Below, in pieces: positions 18,512 to 28,970 of a stretch of DNA of 41,478 bases. How positions within the stretch are numbered: the first letter of the stretch is position 1; every line of letters starts with the position of its first letter. Under the pieces are notes generated by a model. The model was not told where the DNA came from. It saw nothing but the letters and a program-made list of their open reading frames with translations, and did no database searches. The position numbers and the translations under genes are program-made. Origin of the DNA: Desulfarculaceae bacterium (GTDB lineage: Bacteria > Desulfobacterota > Desulfarculia > Desulfarculales > Desulfarculaceae); contig JANQFN010000017.1 of assembly GCA_028277825.1 (NCBI GenBank), forward strand, positions 1-41,478. Direction: 5' to 3'.

Positions 18512-19317
18512 CAGTCTTTGAGCCCCAATACGTCTTGCATGTCATACAGCCCCGGCTCGCGCTCCACCACCCACAGGGCGGCGCGCACCGCGCCCTGGGC
18601 AAAAGTGTCGCGGGAGTGGGCCCGGTGAGTCAACTCCAGGCGCTCACCCCGGGCGATGAAATACACCGTGTGTTCGCCCACGATGTCGCCGCCGCGGATC
18701 ACGCTGACGCCAAGTTCGTCCTTGGTGCGGGCGCCGGTCATGCCCACCCGGCCGTGGCGGCAGACCTCATCATACTCCCAGCCGCGCACCTGACAAAGCT
18801 CCTCGATGAGCCTTACTGCGGTGCCGCTGGGCGCGTCCTTTTTGTGGTCGTGGTGCGCCTCCACCACCTCCAGGGCGTAGTCCGGGCCCAGGACTCGGGC
18901 CATGTCCGCCACCTGCTTGAACATCAGGTTCATGCCCACGCTCATGTTGGGTGCGAACACCACCGGCACCTTCTTGGCCTGGCTGGCGATGATCTTTTTC
19001 TGGTTGTCGCTCATGCCGGTGGTGCCGATCACCGCCGCCTTGCCTTGAGCGGCGCATTCCTTGAGGTGCTTTACGCTGGCCCCCGGCGCGGTGAAGTCGA
19101 TCAGCACCTGGGCCTGGGCGATGGCCTCGGCCGCATCGTCGGTGACCACGCCCTCAGCACCGGCCAGGCCCACCACGCCGGCCAGACTCTTGCCCACCGC
19201 CGCGTCGCCCGGCGCATCAAAGGCGCCGGCCAACTCCGCCTCGGGCTGGCCGTACACCGCGTGTACCACGCGGCCTCCCATGTGGCCGGCCGCGCCGGCC
19301 ACAGCTACCTTGACCAT
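18511..19317 (-). CDS. dapB: 4-hydroxy-tetrahydrodipicolinate reductase
   Basis: GAAGHMG, IDFT, GTTG, EAHHDHKKDAPSGTA; ATG 19317 after GGAGGAG. Confidence 0.95.
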   Translation of the reverse strand: MVKVAVAGAAGHMGGRVVHAVYGQPEAELAGAFDAPGDAAVGKSLAGVVGLAGAEGVVTDDAAEAIAQAQVLIDFTAPGASVKHLKECAAQGKAAVIGTTGMSDNQKKIIASQAKKVPVVFAPNMSVGMNLMFKQVADMARVLGPDYALEVVEAHHDHKKDAPSGTAVRLIEELCQVRGWEYDEVCRHGRVGMTGARTKDELGVSVIRGGDIVGEHTVYFIARGERLELTHRAHSRDTFAQGAVRAALWVVEREPGLYDMQDVLGLKD

Positions 19318-19328
19318 GACTCTCCTCC

Positions 19329-20204
19329 CTACAAAATGCCGTAGGCGCGCATGGCGTCCTTGAGCTTCTCCAGGTTGGCCGGCGCCATCTCGCACATGGG
19401 CAGGCGTAGCTCACCGCTGGGGATCAAGCCCTTTAAGAACATGGCGGTCTTGACCGGTATGGGATTGGTCTCGATGAACATAGCCTTGCACAGGGGCAGG
19501 ATCTTCAGGAAACGCTCCTGGGCCAAAGCCACGTTGCCCTCTTCCCAGGCCACGCAAACCTCAGACACTTCCCGGGGCAACAGGTTGTTCAACACGCTGA
19601 TCACCCCCTTGCCGCCGATGGACAGCAAGGGCAAGACCATGTTGTCGTCGCCAGAGAGGAGATCCATCTTATCGCCGCACAGATTGTATATCTCGGCCAT
19701 CTGGCTGATATCGCCGCTGGCCTCCTTGCAAGCGATGACCTCGGGCAACTCGGCGATGCGGGCCATGGTGGCCGGCTCGATGTTGACCGCGGTGCGCGCG
19801 GCGATGTTATAGATCACCAGAGGCAGGCCGCATTCTTTGGCAATGGCCTCAAAATGCCGATAGAGCCCTTCCTGAGTGGGCTTGTTGTAATAGGGCGTCA
19901 CCTGCAGCGAAGCGTCGGCGCCGACCTCTTTGGCGTGGCAGGTCAGGTCAATGGCCTCGGCGGTGCTGTTGGAGCCGGTTCCAGCCACCACCGGCACCCG
20001 CTTGTTCACCTGCTCCACCGTGATCTGAATAACCCGCTTGTGCTCCTCGTGATCCAGGGTGGGGGATTCGCCGGTGGTGCCGCAGGGCACGATGCCGTCG
20101 GTTCCGTTTTCGATCTGGAACTCGATCAGCTCCCGAAAGGTCTCTTCGTCCACCTGGCCGTCCTTAAAGGGCGTGACCAAGGCTACCAAAGCTCCCTTAA
20201 GCAT
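19329..20204 (-). CDS. dapA: 4-hydroxy-tetrahydrodipicolinate synthase
   Basis: GTTGES, PYYNKP, YNI, KEASG, ETNPIPVK. Confidence 0.96.
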   Translation of the reverse strand: MLKGALVALVTPFKDGQVDEETFRELIEFQIENGTDGIVPCGTTGESPTLDHEEHKRVIQITVEQVNKRVPVVAGTGSNSTAEAIDLTCHAKEVGADASLQVTPYYNKPTQEGLYRHFEAIAKECGLPLVIYNIAARTAVNIEPATMARIAELPEVIACKEASGDISQMAEIYNLCGDKMDLLSGDDNMVLPLLSIGGKGVISVLNNLLPREVSEVCVAWEEGNVALAQERFLKILPLCKAMFIETNPIPVKTAMFLKGLIPSGELRLPMCEMAPANLEKLKDAMRAYGIL

Positions 20205-20219
20205 TGTTCGCTCCTTAGC

Positions 20220-21104
20220 TTAGTATTGCAGCCATGAAAAGGCTTCTTGGTGCAAGGTACCTTGAAAGACGTAGTCAGCCGCGCCTTCCAAAAACACCTT
20301 GACGAATGAGTCGCCTTGTTCCTCGAAATAGACTCTAAGTTCCTCGCCGCTGGCCACCTTGACCGTCACCGGCGAGGTGAGCCCCAGGGCCGGGCCCAGC
20401 ATCAGGGCCGAGGCCACCGCACCGGTGCCGCAGGCCAGGGTCTCGTCCTCCACCCCGCGCTCGTAGGTGCGCACCAAGAGCTGGCCACCCATTTCGCAGG
20501 CAAAGTTCACGTTGGTACCCGCCGGCGCGAAGTGCTCATGAAAGCGGATCTCGCGGCCCATGTCCTTGACCGGCGCCGCCTCCAGGTTTTCCCACAACAA
20601 TACCGCGTGGGGCACCCCGGAGTTGATGCCATGCATGCCCACCTTCTGGCCAGACGCCTCCAACTCCAGGTCCGTAAAGGCGTCAAAGGGCTTGACCATC
20701 TCCAGCTTGACCGAACCGTCATCGCCCAGCCAGGCCTGGATGGGCCCGGCAATGGTGTCAAACACCATCGCTTTGCCGGCCAGGCCGTGGTCAAAGGCGA
20801 AGCGGGCCGCGCAACGTCCGGCGTTGCCGCACATCTCAGCCGACGATCCGTCGGCGTTGAAGAAGTGCCACTTGAAATCCACCGGGCCCAAATCCGGGTC
20901 AACCCGCTCGCTGGGCTCCAGCAGCACCAGGCCGTCGGCACCCACCGAGCGCCGGCGGCGGCACACCGCCTCGGCCAACAGAGGCATCAACTCAGGCGAC
21001 ACCTGGGCCTTGCGGTTGTCCACCAGGACGAAGTCATTGCCCGTGCCGGTCATCTTGGCGATCTCTATGCCGGCCAGGGGTATGAGCTGTTGTATGTCTC
21101 GCAT
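20220..21104 (-). CDS. dapF: Diaminopimelate epimerase
   Basis: GTGNDF, EMCGNAGRC, GVPH, ERGVEDETLACGTG. Confidence 0.96.
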   Translation of the reverse strand: MRDIQQLIPLAGIEIAKMTGTGNDFVLVDNRKAQVSPELMPLLAEAVCRRRRSVGADGLVLLEPSERVDPDLGPVDFKWHFFNADGSSAEMCGNAGRCAARFAFDHGLAGKAMVFDTIAGPIQAWLGDDGSVKLEMVKPFDAFTDLELEASGQKVGMHGINSGVPHAVLLWENLEAAPVKDMGREIRFHEHFAPAGTNVNFACEMGGQLLVRTYERGVEDETLACGTGAVASALMLGPALGLTSPVTVKVASGEELRVYFEEQGDSFVKVFLEGAADYVFQGTLHQEAFSWLQY

Positions 21105-21118
21105 GAGATTTCCCGAGA

Positions 21119-21268
21119 AAAAGAGTTTGTAAAAAGTAACCGAAAGCCGGGGTGGCCTTAAGGCCTGTCCGGTTTACCATGGGCGGGAAGATTGCCCGTT
21201 GCCACCCACCAAGTTTTAGCCGAAACCTGCGAGTGGCGTTGTCCTGCTTCCCTTAGCAACTCTTTTAC
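21119..21268. repeat. Intergenic imperfect palindrome, copy B (lysA-dapF)
   Basis: AAAAGAGTT/AACTCTTTT ends; GGGTGGC/GCCACCC; the 3' end matches that of copy C at 17 of 18 nt. Confidence 0.55.
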
Positions 21269-21300
21269 TCCTCCATATTTTAAGCGGCCCTAAGGCCGCC

Positions 21301-22560
21301 TTATTCCATCCAAGGGGGCAGGCTTTCGCCGCGCATGACCTCTTCGATGGTCTCGCGCTCACGCACCACTGCCCAGCTGTCGCCGTTGACCATGACCTCA
21401 GCCGCCCGGGGCCGGGAGTTGTAGGTGCTGGACATGGTGAAGCCATAGGCCCCGGCGCTCATCACGGCGATGAGGTCGCCGCGCTGCACGTCGGCGATCT
21501 CGCGGTCCCGGGCCAGATAGTCGCCGGTCTCGCAGATGGGACCCACGATGTCGGCCAGCACCTTGGGGCGCTCCTGATTTTCATCCACCGGCACGATGTT
21601 GTGGAACGAGTCGTAGAAGCTGGGGCGCACCAGGTCGTTCATGGCCGCGTCCACCACGATGAAGTGCTTGGCCGGGGTATCCTTGGTATAGAGCACCCGT
21701 GAGAGCAGAATCCCCGCGTTGCCCACCAGCACCCTGCCCGGCTCCAAGACCAGGCGCATATTCATCGCCGCCACCTGGTCCTTGAGTGCGACGGCGTACT
21801 CCTCCGGGCTGGGCGGTTCCTCGTCGCGGTAGGTGATGCCCAGACCGCCGCCCAGGTCCAACAGGCTAAGGTCGATGCCCGCCTCCCTGAGCTTGGCCAC
21901 CAAGAGCCCCAGCCGGTCCAGGGCGTCGGCGAACGGCGCCACCTGGGTGAGCTGGGAGCCTATATGGCAGGACACGCCCTTGAGTTCCAGGTGGTCCAGC
22001 TTGGCGGCCTCCTGGTACTGCGCAAAGGCCAGGTCCACGTCCAGGCCGAACTTGTTCGTGGCCAGGCCGGTGGTGATCTTGGGGTGGGTCTGGGCGTCCA
22101 CGTCCGGGTTGACCCGGAGGCTCACCGGCGCCTTGAGGCCCAGGTCAGCGGCCACCTGGTTTAGCACCGCCATTTCCTGCACGCTCTCGATGTTGAACAT
22201 CAGGATGCCGGCCTCAAGCGCGGCCTGCATCTCGGCCAGGGACTTGCCTACGCCGGAATACACGATGCGCTCCGCGGGCACCCCGGCGGCCAGGGCCCGG
22301 GTCAACTCGCCGCCGCTGACGATGTCCGCACCGCCGCCCAAAGAGGCCATCAGAGCCATAACCGCCCGGTTGCTGTTGGCCTTGACCGCGAAACAGACCA
22401 GGGCGTCCAGGCCTTGAAACGCCTGGCTGAAGACCTTGAAATGCCGGGTCAGGGTGGCCTGGGAGTAGACGTAAGCCGGGGTACCCACCTGCTGGGCCAG
22501 TTGGCTCAGGTCCACGTCCTCGGCGTACAGCTTCGAATTGTGATAGGCGAAATGATGCAT
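21301..22560 (-). CDS. lysA: Diaminopimelate decarboxylase
   Basis: FAVKAN, HIGSQ, DLGGG, EPGR, GPICETGD, GAYG. Confidence 0.96.
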   Translation of the reverse strand: MHHFAYHNSKLYAEDVDLSQLAQQVGTPAYVYSQATLTRHFKVFSQAFQGLDALVCFAVKANSNRAVMALMASLGGGADIVSGGELTRALAAGVPAERIVYSGVGKSLAEMQAALEAGILMFNIESVQEMAVLNQVAADLGLKAPVSLRVNPDVDAQTHPKITTGLATNKFGLDVDLAFAQYQEAAKLDHLELKGVSCHIGSQLTQVAPFADALDRLGLLVAKLREAGIDLSLLDLGGGLGITYRDEEPPSPEEYAVALKDQVAAMNMRLVLEPGRVLVGNAGILLSRVLYTKDTPAKHFIVVDAAMNDLVRPSFYDSFHNIVPVDENQERPKVLADIVGPICETGDYLARDREIADVQRGDLIAVMSAGAYGFTMSSTYNSRPRAAEVMVNGDSWAVVRERETIEEVMRGESLPPWME

Positions 22561-22655
22561 GATCCCCAAACAACGCGTGATACACGGGTTACGGTTTAAA
22601 ACAGCCTCGGCTGATTGTAATCAAAAATGTATGGCCGGTGCGGGTCCGGAATCTA

Positions 22656-22887
22656 GCAGGGGAGCAAGCACCCTTTGGCTGCCGTCCGGGACCACAACGC
22701 GGCCGCGGGTTTTCCCTTGGCGGCGCTCTTTATGTTGATCCTGGTCCAGCCCATGACAGGTCTCGCTCAAATCGGGAAGGTTATCCTGGCTGATAGTAAC
22801 ACACTCGGCGCCGCGGCGCAGCATGGCCGCGGCACCCAGCGCCAAATTAGATTCTCCCAAGAGCGGACTTTTGTCAAGCTCCTCTGT
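22656..22887. repeat. Rod-like intergenic imperfect palindrome, copy J
   Basis: GCAGGGGAGC/GCTCCTCTGT, TTTGGC/GCCAAA, GCGGCCG/TGGCCGC, GCGGCGC/GCGCCGC, TGTTG/TAACA nested. Confidence 0.5.
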
Positions 22888-22901
22888 CAAAAAATCATGC
22901 T

Positions 22902-23966
22902 CTAGGGCAGATGAACGATGTCCATCACCTCGGAAAAGCCGCTGGCGTTGCCGGCCGCGTCCAGCGCCTGCACCTTGTAGTAGTACTGCACCTCGTTCTT
23001 CACGCCCTTGTCAATGAAGGTGTTTTCAATCACCACCGCCGTGTTCACCTTCTGCCACTTGCCGCCCTTGGTCTTGCGGAAGATATTGTAGCCGGCCACA
23101 TCGGCGTCCGGGCTGGGGGTGAAGCGCAAAACGATGCCGTCTTTGAGGCTGGCCCCGGCCAGGTTCATGGGCGCCGCGGGGGCCTTCATGTCAGTTGGCT
23201 TGGCGCTGATATAGGCGCTGCCCTCGCCACCCAGGTTGCGCTCGCGGAACTTGCGGGCCGCGTGCACCCGGTAGGTGTAGGTCTTGCCGTTGGCCACGGT
23301 ACGGTCCACGAACCTGGGCTTGGTCAGGGGCCGCGCGTTGAGCTGCTTCTCGCCGTCAGGCCCTTTGCGGAACACGATGTAGCCCGAAATGTCGGTGGCC
23401 TTCTGCCCGTTGGTAAGGGTGGTCACCTCTTCCCAGACCAGGCTCACTACGCTGTCGCCGGCCTTGGCCTTCAGGCCCTGGGGCGCGGCGGCCCCCATCA
23501 GGCGGGGCATGCGCAAAAAGGAAGAACGCGGGCCCTTGCGGCCCGAGGCGTCCACCAGCATCACCTGGTAGACGGCCTCCTTGTTGGGCGGCGCGTTCTT
23601 GTCCAAATACTGGAAGCGGCCGCCCTTCATTTTGTCAGCCTCTTTCTCGCCCTTTTTGACCATGTCGAACTTGTGGTACTTCTTGAGCTTGGGCGGGCAC
23701 GGCGGACAGGCGGGATCGCCGGTCAGGGGCAGATAGCCGTAGAACAGATATATCTCATCCACCGCGCGAGACGGGGTGGGCGCGCTGGGCACGTCGAAGC
23801 TCACCAGCATGCCGTCCGTCTGGGGCACGGCCCTGAGGTTGCTGACCCCGGGAGGGGCCAACTGGCTGGAGGGAACCGGCGGGGCCTTGACCCCGCAACC
23901 GGCGGCCAGAGCCACCACCGTGATAACCATCAACAGGCCCCTGAATATTGTCAAGCTTCTGGCCAT
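22902..23966 (-). CDS. Fibronectin type III repeat lipoprotein
   Basis: ATG 23966 after GGAGGCGAGG; lipobox LAAG-CGVKAPP; repeated FN3-like units (APQGL...VSLVW...GYIVFR...YTYRV). Confidence 0.8.
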   Translation of the reverse strand: MARSLTIFRGLLMVITVVALAAGCGVKAPPVPSSQLAPPGVSNLRAVPQTDGMLVSFDVPSAPTPSRAVDEIYLFYGYLPLTGDPACPPCPPKLKKYHKFDMVKKGEKEADKMKGGRFQYLDKNAPPNKEAVYQVMLVDASGRKGPRSSFLRMPRLMGAAAPQGLKAKAGDSVVSLVWEEVTTLTNGQKATDISGYIVFRKGPDGEKQLNARPLTKPRFVDRTVANGKTYTYRVHAARKFRERNLGGEGSAYISAKPTDMKAPAAPMNLAGASLKDGIVLRFTPSPDADVAGYNIFRKTKGGKWQKVNTAVVIENTFIDKGVKNEVQYYYKVQALDAAGNASGFSEVMDIVHLP

Positions 23967-25360
23967 AACCGTTTCCTCGCCTCCCTGAGGGCTGTTTCCA
24001 CGTTTTGCCCGGCCGTGCCGCCCGGGCTGGTGCGGCGCGATACCGCGTGCAGCGGCGCCAGAGCCTCCATCAGCTCGGGCCCCACCTCCACATCCAGTCC
24101 CTGGCACAAGGCCATATAATCCGAAATTTCCAAATCCTCTAGGCCGCACACCCGCTCCTCGGCCAGGCGCACCGCCATGCCCGCCACCTCGTGGGCCACC
24201 CGGAAGGGTAAACCGCCCTCCGCCAGATAGTCGGCCAACTCAGTGGCGTTTAAAAAACCATCCTCTACCGCCAGGCCCATGCGCTTGTCATTGACCGTCA
24301 ATCCGGCCAGCATGGGGGCCATAACCCTGAGGCTATCCAGCACGGTGTCACAAGCGTCGAACACCGGCTCCTTGTCCTCCTGCAGGTCCTTGTTGTAGGC
24401 CAAGGGCAGTCCCTTGAGCACGGTCAATAGGGCCACCAGATCGCCCATGACCCGGCCGCTCTTGCCCCTGACCAGCTCCGCCGCGTCGGGGTTCTTTTTC
24501 TGCGGCATGATGGAGCTGCCGGTGGCAAAGGCCTCGGACATGGCGATGAAGCCGAACTCCTGCGAAGACCACAGCACCAGCTCCTCGGCCAGGCGGCTCA
24601 GATGAACCTGGATCAGGCTTATCACAAAAACCAGTTCCACGGCAAAGTCTCTGTCGCTCACCGCGTCCAGGGAATTGGCGAACACCGCGTCAAAACCCAG
24701 TTCAGCGGCCACCGCGGATGGGTCCAGGTCATAGGTGGTGCCGGCCAGGGCGGCCGCACCCAGGGGCAGCACCGCGGTGCGGCCCAGACAGTCGGCCAAA
24801 CGGGCCCGGTCGCGCCAGGCCATCTCCACATAAGCCAACAGATGGTGGGCCAAAAGCACCGGTTGGGCCCGCTGCAAATGAGTGTAGCCGGGCATGATCA
24901 CCGAGACATGGCTCTCGGCCAACTCCACCAGGGTCCGCTGATAGTTTCTGAGCGCGGTGTCCAGTTCGCGGCCAAAGTCCAGGATCCACAGGCGCAGGTC
25001 CGTGGCCACCTGATCGTTGCGCGAGCGGCCGGTGTGCAGCCTTCCGGCTGGTTCGCCGATCAACTCGGCCAACCGCGCCTCCACGTGGGTGTGGATGTCC
25101 TCCAGGGAGTCGCTGTACACCATGTCGCCAGCCTGGATCTCAGCCTTGACTTGGTCCAGGCCGCTGATTATGGCCTCGGCGTCGCTTGATGAGATGATGC
25201 CCTGTTTGGCCAGCATGGCCGCGTGGGCCTGGGAGCCCCGGATGTCCTGCAAATATAAACGCTGGTCCACGCTGATGGAGGCATTGATGCGCTCCATGAG
25301 CTGGTGGGTGTCCTCGCTAAAGCGGCCGCCCCAGAGTTTATTTTTTGCTTTCTCGGGCAA
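23951..25360 (-). CDS. argH: Argininosuccinate lyase
   Basis: LWGGRF, HTGRSRNDQ, PGYTHLQRAQP, GSSIMPQKKNPD. Confidence 0.97.
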   Translation of the reverse strand: MPEKAKNKLWGGRFSEDTHQLMERINASISVDQRLYLQDIRGSQAHAAMLAKQGIISSSDAEAIISGLDQVKAEIQAGDMVYSDSLEDIHTHVEARLAELIGEPAGRLHTGRSRNDQVATDLRLWILDFGRELDTALRNYQRTLVELAESHVSVIMPGYTHLQRAQPVLLAHHLLAYVEMAWRDRARLADCLGRTAVLPLGAAALAGTTYDLDPSAVAAELGFDAVFANSLDAVSDRDFAVELVFVISLIQVHLSRLAEELVLWSSQEFGFIAMSEAFATGSSIMPQKKNPDAAELVRGKSGRVMGDLVALLTVLKGLPLAYNKDLQEDKEPVFDACDTVLDSLRVMAPMLAGLTVNDKRMGLAVEDGFLNATELADYLAEGGLPFRVAHEVAGMAVRLAEERVCGLEDLEISDYMALCQGLDVEVGPELMEALAPLHAVSRRTSPGGTAGQNVETALREARKRLWPEA

Positions 25361-25373
25361 CTATCTCATTTCT

Positions 25374-26597
25374 TTAATAATTGACATTAACTTTCTTGGC
25401 CTGTTCCAGGGCGTGCCTGATGCGCAGCCGGAGGCCATTGAGTCGGATAAAGCCGGTGGCATCAGCCTGATCATACACCGTGTCCGCCTCAAAGGTGGCG
25501 ATGTCCGGCCGATACAGACTGTTGGGCGACTGCCGGCCCAAGACGGTGACATTGCCCTTGTACAAAGACAAGCGCACCTGGCCGCACACCGGCTCCTGGG
25601 CCTTGTCCATCATGGACTGCAAAAGCTCCATCTCCGGCGAGAACCAGTAGCCGTAGTAGATCAGTTCGCTGTAGTGGGGCAACAGATTGTCGCGGATGCG
25701 CAGGACCTCGCGGTCCAGGCACAGGCTCTCTATGGCCAGATGTGCCTGACGCAGGATGGTGCCTCCAGGGGTCTCGTACACCCCGCGGCTCTTCATGCCC
25801 ACGTAGCGGTTCTCCACCAAATCCACCCGGCCGATGCCGTGCTTGCCGCCCAGCTCGTTGAGCCGGGCCAAAAGGGCGGCTGGCGAGAGCTTTTCATGGT
25901 CAATGGCCACCGCGTCGCCCTTGTCGAACTCCAGGGTGATCTCCTGGGCCTGGTCCGGAGCGTCGGCGGGCGAAACCGAGAGCACGAACATGTCTTGGGG
26001 CGGCGCGGCCCAGGGGTCTTCCAGGATGCCGCCCTCAAAGGAGATGTGCAGCAAATTGCGGTCGCTGGAATAGGGCTTTTCCTTGGTCACCGGAATGGGG
26101 ATGCCGTGCTTTTTGGCGTAGGCCACCAGGGCCTCGCGCGAGTTCAAATCCCACTCCCGCCAAGGGGCGATTATCTTCAGTTCCGGGGCCAGGGCCTGGT
26201 AGCCCAACTCAAAGCGCACTTGGTCATTGCCCTTGCCGGTGGCGCCGTGGCTTACGGCGTCCGCGCCCGTGGCCCGGGCGGCGCGCACCTGACCCAGGGC
26301 GATGATGGGCCGGGCCAGGCTGGTGCCCAAGAGGTATTGGCTCTCATAAATGGCCCCGGCGCGGAAGGCGGGGAACACGTAGTTCTCCACGAACTCTTCT
26401 TTGAGGTCGTCGATGATCACCTGGCTGGCGCCGGTGTCCAGGCCCTTTTGCTCGATAGGGTCCAGTTCCTCGCCCTGGCCCAGGTCAGCGGCATAGGCCA
26501 CCACCTCGCAGTCATAAACGTCGATCAGCCACTTGAGTATGATGGAGGTGTCCAGGCCGCCGGAATAGGCCAGAACCACCTTTTTGATATCGCTCAT
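25374..26597 (-). CDS. argG: Argininosuccinate synthase
   Basis: [35 protein letters not shown]. Confidence 0.97.
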   Translation of the reverse strand: MSDIKKVVLAYSGGLDTSIILKWLIDVYDCEVVAYAADLGQGEELDPIEQKGLDTGASQVIIDDLKEEFVENYVFPAFRAGAIYESQYLLGTSLARPIIALGQVRAARATGADAVSHGATGKGNDQVRFELGYQALAPELKIIAPWREWDLNSREALVAYAKKHGIPIPVTKEKPYSSDRNLLHISFEGGILEDPWAAPPQDMFVLSVSPADAPDQAQEITLEFDKGDAVAIDHEKLSPAALLARLNELGGKHGIGRVDLVENRYVGMKSRGVYETPGGTILRQAHLAIESLCLDREVLRIRDNLLPHYSELIYYGYWFSPEMELLQSMMDKAQEPVCGQVRLSLYKGNVTVLGRQSPNSLYRPDIATFEADTVYDQADATGFIRLNGLRLRIRHALEQAKKVNVNY

Positions 26598-26613
26598 GAT
26601 GTCCTAACTCAGC

Positions 26614-27534
26614 TTAATCACTCAACAAGGCCTCCAAGATCGCCTTTTGCATGTGCAGGCGGTTCTCCGCCTGATCCCACACCACTGAACGCGGCCCCTC
26701 GATCACCTCCTCTGTGATCTCCTCGCCGCGGTGCGCGGGTAAACAATGTAGCACGATTGCGTCCTGGGAGGCCAGGGATAACAAACTGTTATCCACGGTA
26801 AATCCCCTAAATAGCTCCAAGCGCCTGCTGGCGTCGTCTTCCTGGCCCATGGAGGCCCAGACATCGGTGTTCACCACCTGGGCGCCGGCCACCGCCTCCT
26901 TGGGGTCGCTGGTCAACAGCACCGAGGCGCCCTGTTCCTGGGCATAGGCCAGGATGTCCTCATCCGGGGTGAAGCCCGGCGGGCAGGCCAGACGCAGGTC
27001 CAGGCCCAGGGCCGCGGCCGCCTCCAGCCAGGAATGGGCCATGTTGTTGCCGTCGCCCAGCCAGGCGTAGGTGAGCCCCTCTACTTGACCCAGGTGCTCC
27101 TGCACGGTCAGCAGATCACTGAGCACCTGGCAAGGATGGTACTTATCGGTGAGCGCGTTGATCACCGGTATGTCGCCCCACTGGGCCAGCTGCTCCACCA
27201 CCTCTTGGCCAAAGGTGCGCACCACCAGGCCGTCCACGTAACGGTCCATGACCCGGGCGGTGTCCTTGAGGGGCTCGTCGCGACCCAACTGGCTGTCGCG
27301 GGAGGTCATGAACAGGATGTTGCCGCCCAACTGGCTGATGCCCACCTCAAAAGAGACCCGGGTGCGGGTGGAGGGCTTGTCGAACAACATGGCCACGCTC
27401 TTATTTACCAGGGGCTGGCCGTGGCCCGGGCCCATGAGCGCAGCCTTGAGCTCAGCGGCCCGCTCCACCAGGCCCAGCACTTCGCCGGGCTCCAGATCGC
27501 GAATAGTCAACAAATGTTTAGTTTGAAGCTGCAT
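26614..27534 (-). CDS. argF: Ornithine carbamoyltransferase
   Basis: STRTR, HPCQ, GDGNN, WASMG, HCLP. Confidence 0.96.
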   Translation of the reverse strand: MQLQTKHLLTIRDLEPGEVLGLVERAAELKAALMGPGHGQPLVNKSVAMLFDKPSTRTRVSFEVGISQLGGNILFMTSRDSQLGRDEPLKDTARVMDRYVDGLVVRTFGQEVVEQLAQWGDIPVINALTDKYHPCQVLSDLLTVQEHLGQVEGLTYAWLGDGNNMAHSWLEAAAALGLDLRLACPPGFTPDEDILAYAQEQGASVLLTSDPKEAVAGAQVVNTDVWASMGQEDDASRRLELFRGFTVDNSLLSLASQDAIVLHCLPAHRGEEITEEVIEGPRSVVWDQAENRLHMQKAILEALLSD

Positions 27535-27565
27535 GCTAAATCAGCCGTGTTCAGGTTAGAAATAG

Positions 27566-27758
27566 GAAAAAGGGAGTTTATTAACAAAAACTAGCCTGGA
27601 AGGCAACCCCTTATGCCTCTTGTTCATCAGGCGTCGGTTTTGGGAAAGGCATGCTGAGTCAGGAGACAGGCCCGATATTCGGACGTCAGCTTGCAATCAC
27701 CTACCCACACGCTAAACCGCTGGGGACAATTGCAACCATTCCCGGATTTCCCTTTTTC
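27566..27758. repeat. Rod-like intergenic imperfect palindrome, copy E (argD-argF)
   Basis: Perfect 10-bp ends GAAAAAGGGA/TCCCTTTTTC; nested TGTTC/GGACA, CAG/CTG, CGGTTT/AAACCG, TGGG/CCCA, GCATGCTGA/TCAGCTTGC. Confidence 0.65.
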
Positions 27759-27766
27759 ACCACCTC

Positions 27767-28963
27767 TTATTCTTCAAATCCCTCGGCTAGCACTTGGTCC
27801 AGGGCCTCACACAGGGCGTCGATTTGCTCGCGGCTCACCACCAAAGGCGGAGCGAAGCGCAACACATTCTCCTGGGCCAGACCCACGATAAAGCCCCTTT
27901 CACGCAGCTTGACCAGGGCCGTCCCCGCCTTGCCCTTGCACACCAGGCCCAAGAGCAAACCCAGGCCGCGCACGCCCTCTAAAAGATCGCCGTATTTTTC
28001 CACCAGGAGTTGCAGCTTGTTTTCAAAGTACAGACCCTCGGCTGCGGCGTGATCAACCAGGCCGCCCTGGGTCAGGGTGGTCAGCACCACCCGGGCCGCC
28101 TCCATGACCACCGGTCCGGCGCCAAAGGTGGTGGCGTGTGTGCCCGGCCCGAACAGCTCGGCCGCCTCTTCCACCGCCAAGACCGCACCGGCGGGCAGGC
28201 CGTTGGCCAGGGCCTTGGCCAGGGTCATCACGTGCGGGGGCACGCCCCAGTGCTCGTGGGCGAACAGCTTGCCCGTGCGGCCCAGGCCGGTCTGCACCTC
28301 GTCGAAGATCAACAGGGCATTGTTCGCCTCGCACAGGTCCTTGAGCCCGGCCAGATACCCCTCCGGCGGCACGATCACCCCGCCCTCGCCCAAGACCGGC
28401 TCGGCCAGGATTGCGCAAACGCCCTCGCCCATGGCCGCCTGGGCAGCCTCCAGGTCGCCGTAGGGCACGTGCACAAAGCGGGGCATCAGGGGATCGTAGC
28501 CGGTCTGGATCTTTTCCTGACCGGTGGCGGACAGGGTGCCCAGGGTGCGGCCGTGGAAGGAGTACTCCATGGCGATCACGGTGTGAGCGTCGTTCTTTTT
28601 CTCCTTGCCCCACAGGCGGGCCAGTTTGAGCGCACCCTCGTTGGCCTCGGCCCCGGAGTTGCAAAAGAACACCCGGTCGGCGAACGAGTTCTCCACCAAC
28701 AGCCGGGCCACCGAGGCCTGGGGCTCGGTGTAGTACAAATTGCTCACGTGCACCAACTTGAGCGCCTGGTTGCACACCGCCTGGGCCACCTCGGGGTTGG
28801 CGTGTCCCAAATTGCACACCGCGATGCCGGCCAGGAAGTCGAGATACTCCCTACCCTCGCTGTCCCACAGCTTGCACCCCTCCCCGCGTGCGAAGGTCAG
28901 CGGTGCCCGGGCATAGGTCTTCATCACGTACTGGTCGATCAGTTGTGCGCTGCTCTCACTCAT
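27767..28963 (-). CDS. argD: Acetylornithine aminotransferase
   Basis: NSGAEANE, SFHGRT, EPVLGEGG, FDEVQTG, TLAKAL; in the arg cluster. Confidence 0.93.
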   Translation of the reverse strand: MSESSAQLIDQYVMKTYARAPLTFARGEGCKLWDSEGREYLDFLAGIAVCNLGHANPEVAQAVCNQALKLVHVSNLYYTEPQASVARLLVENSFADRVFFCNSGAEANEGALKLARLWGKEKKNDAHTVIAMEYSFHGRTLGTLSATGQEKIQTGYDPLMPRFVHVPYGDLEAAQAAMGEGVCAILAEPVLGEGGVIVPPEGYLAGLKDLCEANNALLIFDEVQTGLGRTGKLFAHEHWGVPPHVMTLAKALANGLPAGAVLAVEEAAELFGPGTHATTFGAGPVVMEAARVVLTTLTQGGLVDHAAAEGLYFENKLQLLVEKYGDLLEGVRGLGLLLGLVCKGKAGTALVKLRERGFIVGLAQENVLRFAPPLVVSREQIDALCEALDQVLAEGFEE

Positions 28964-28970
28964 GCTTTTA

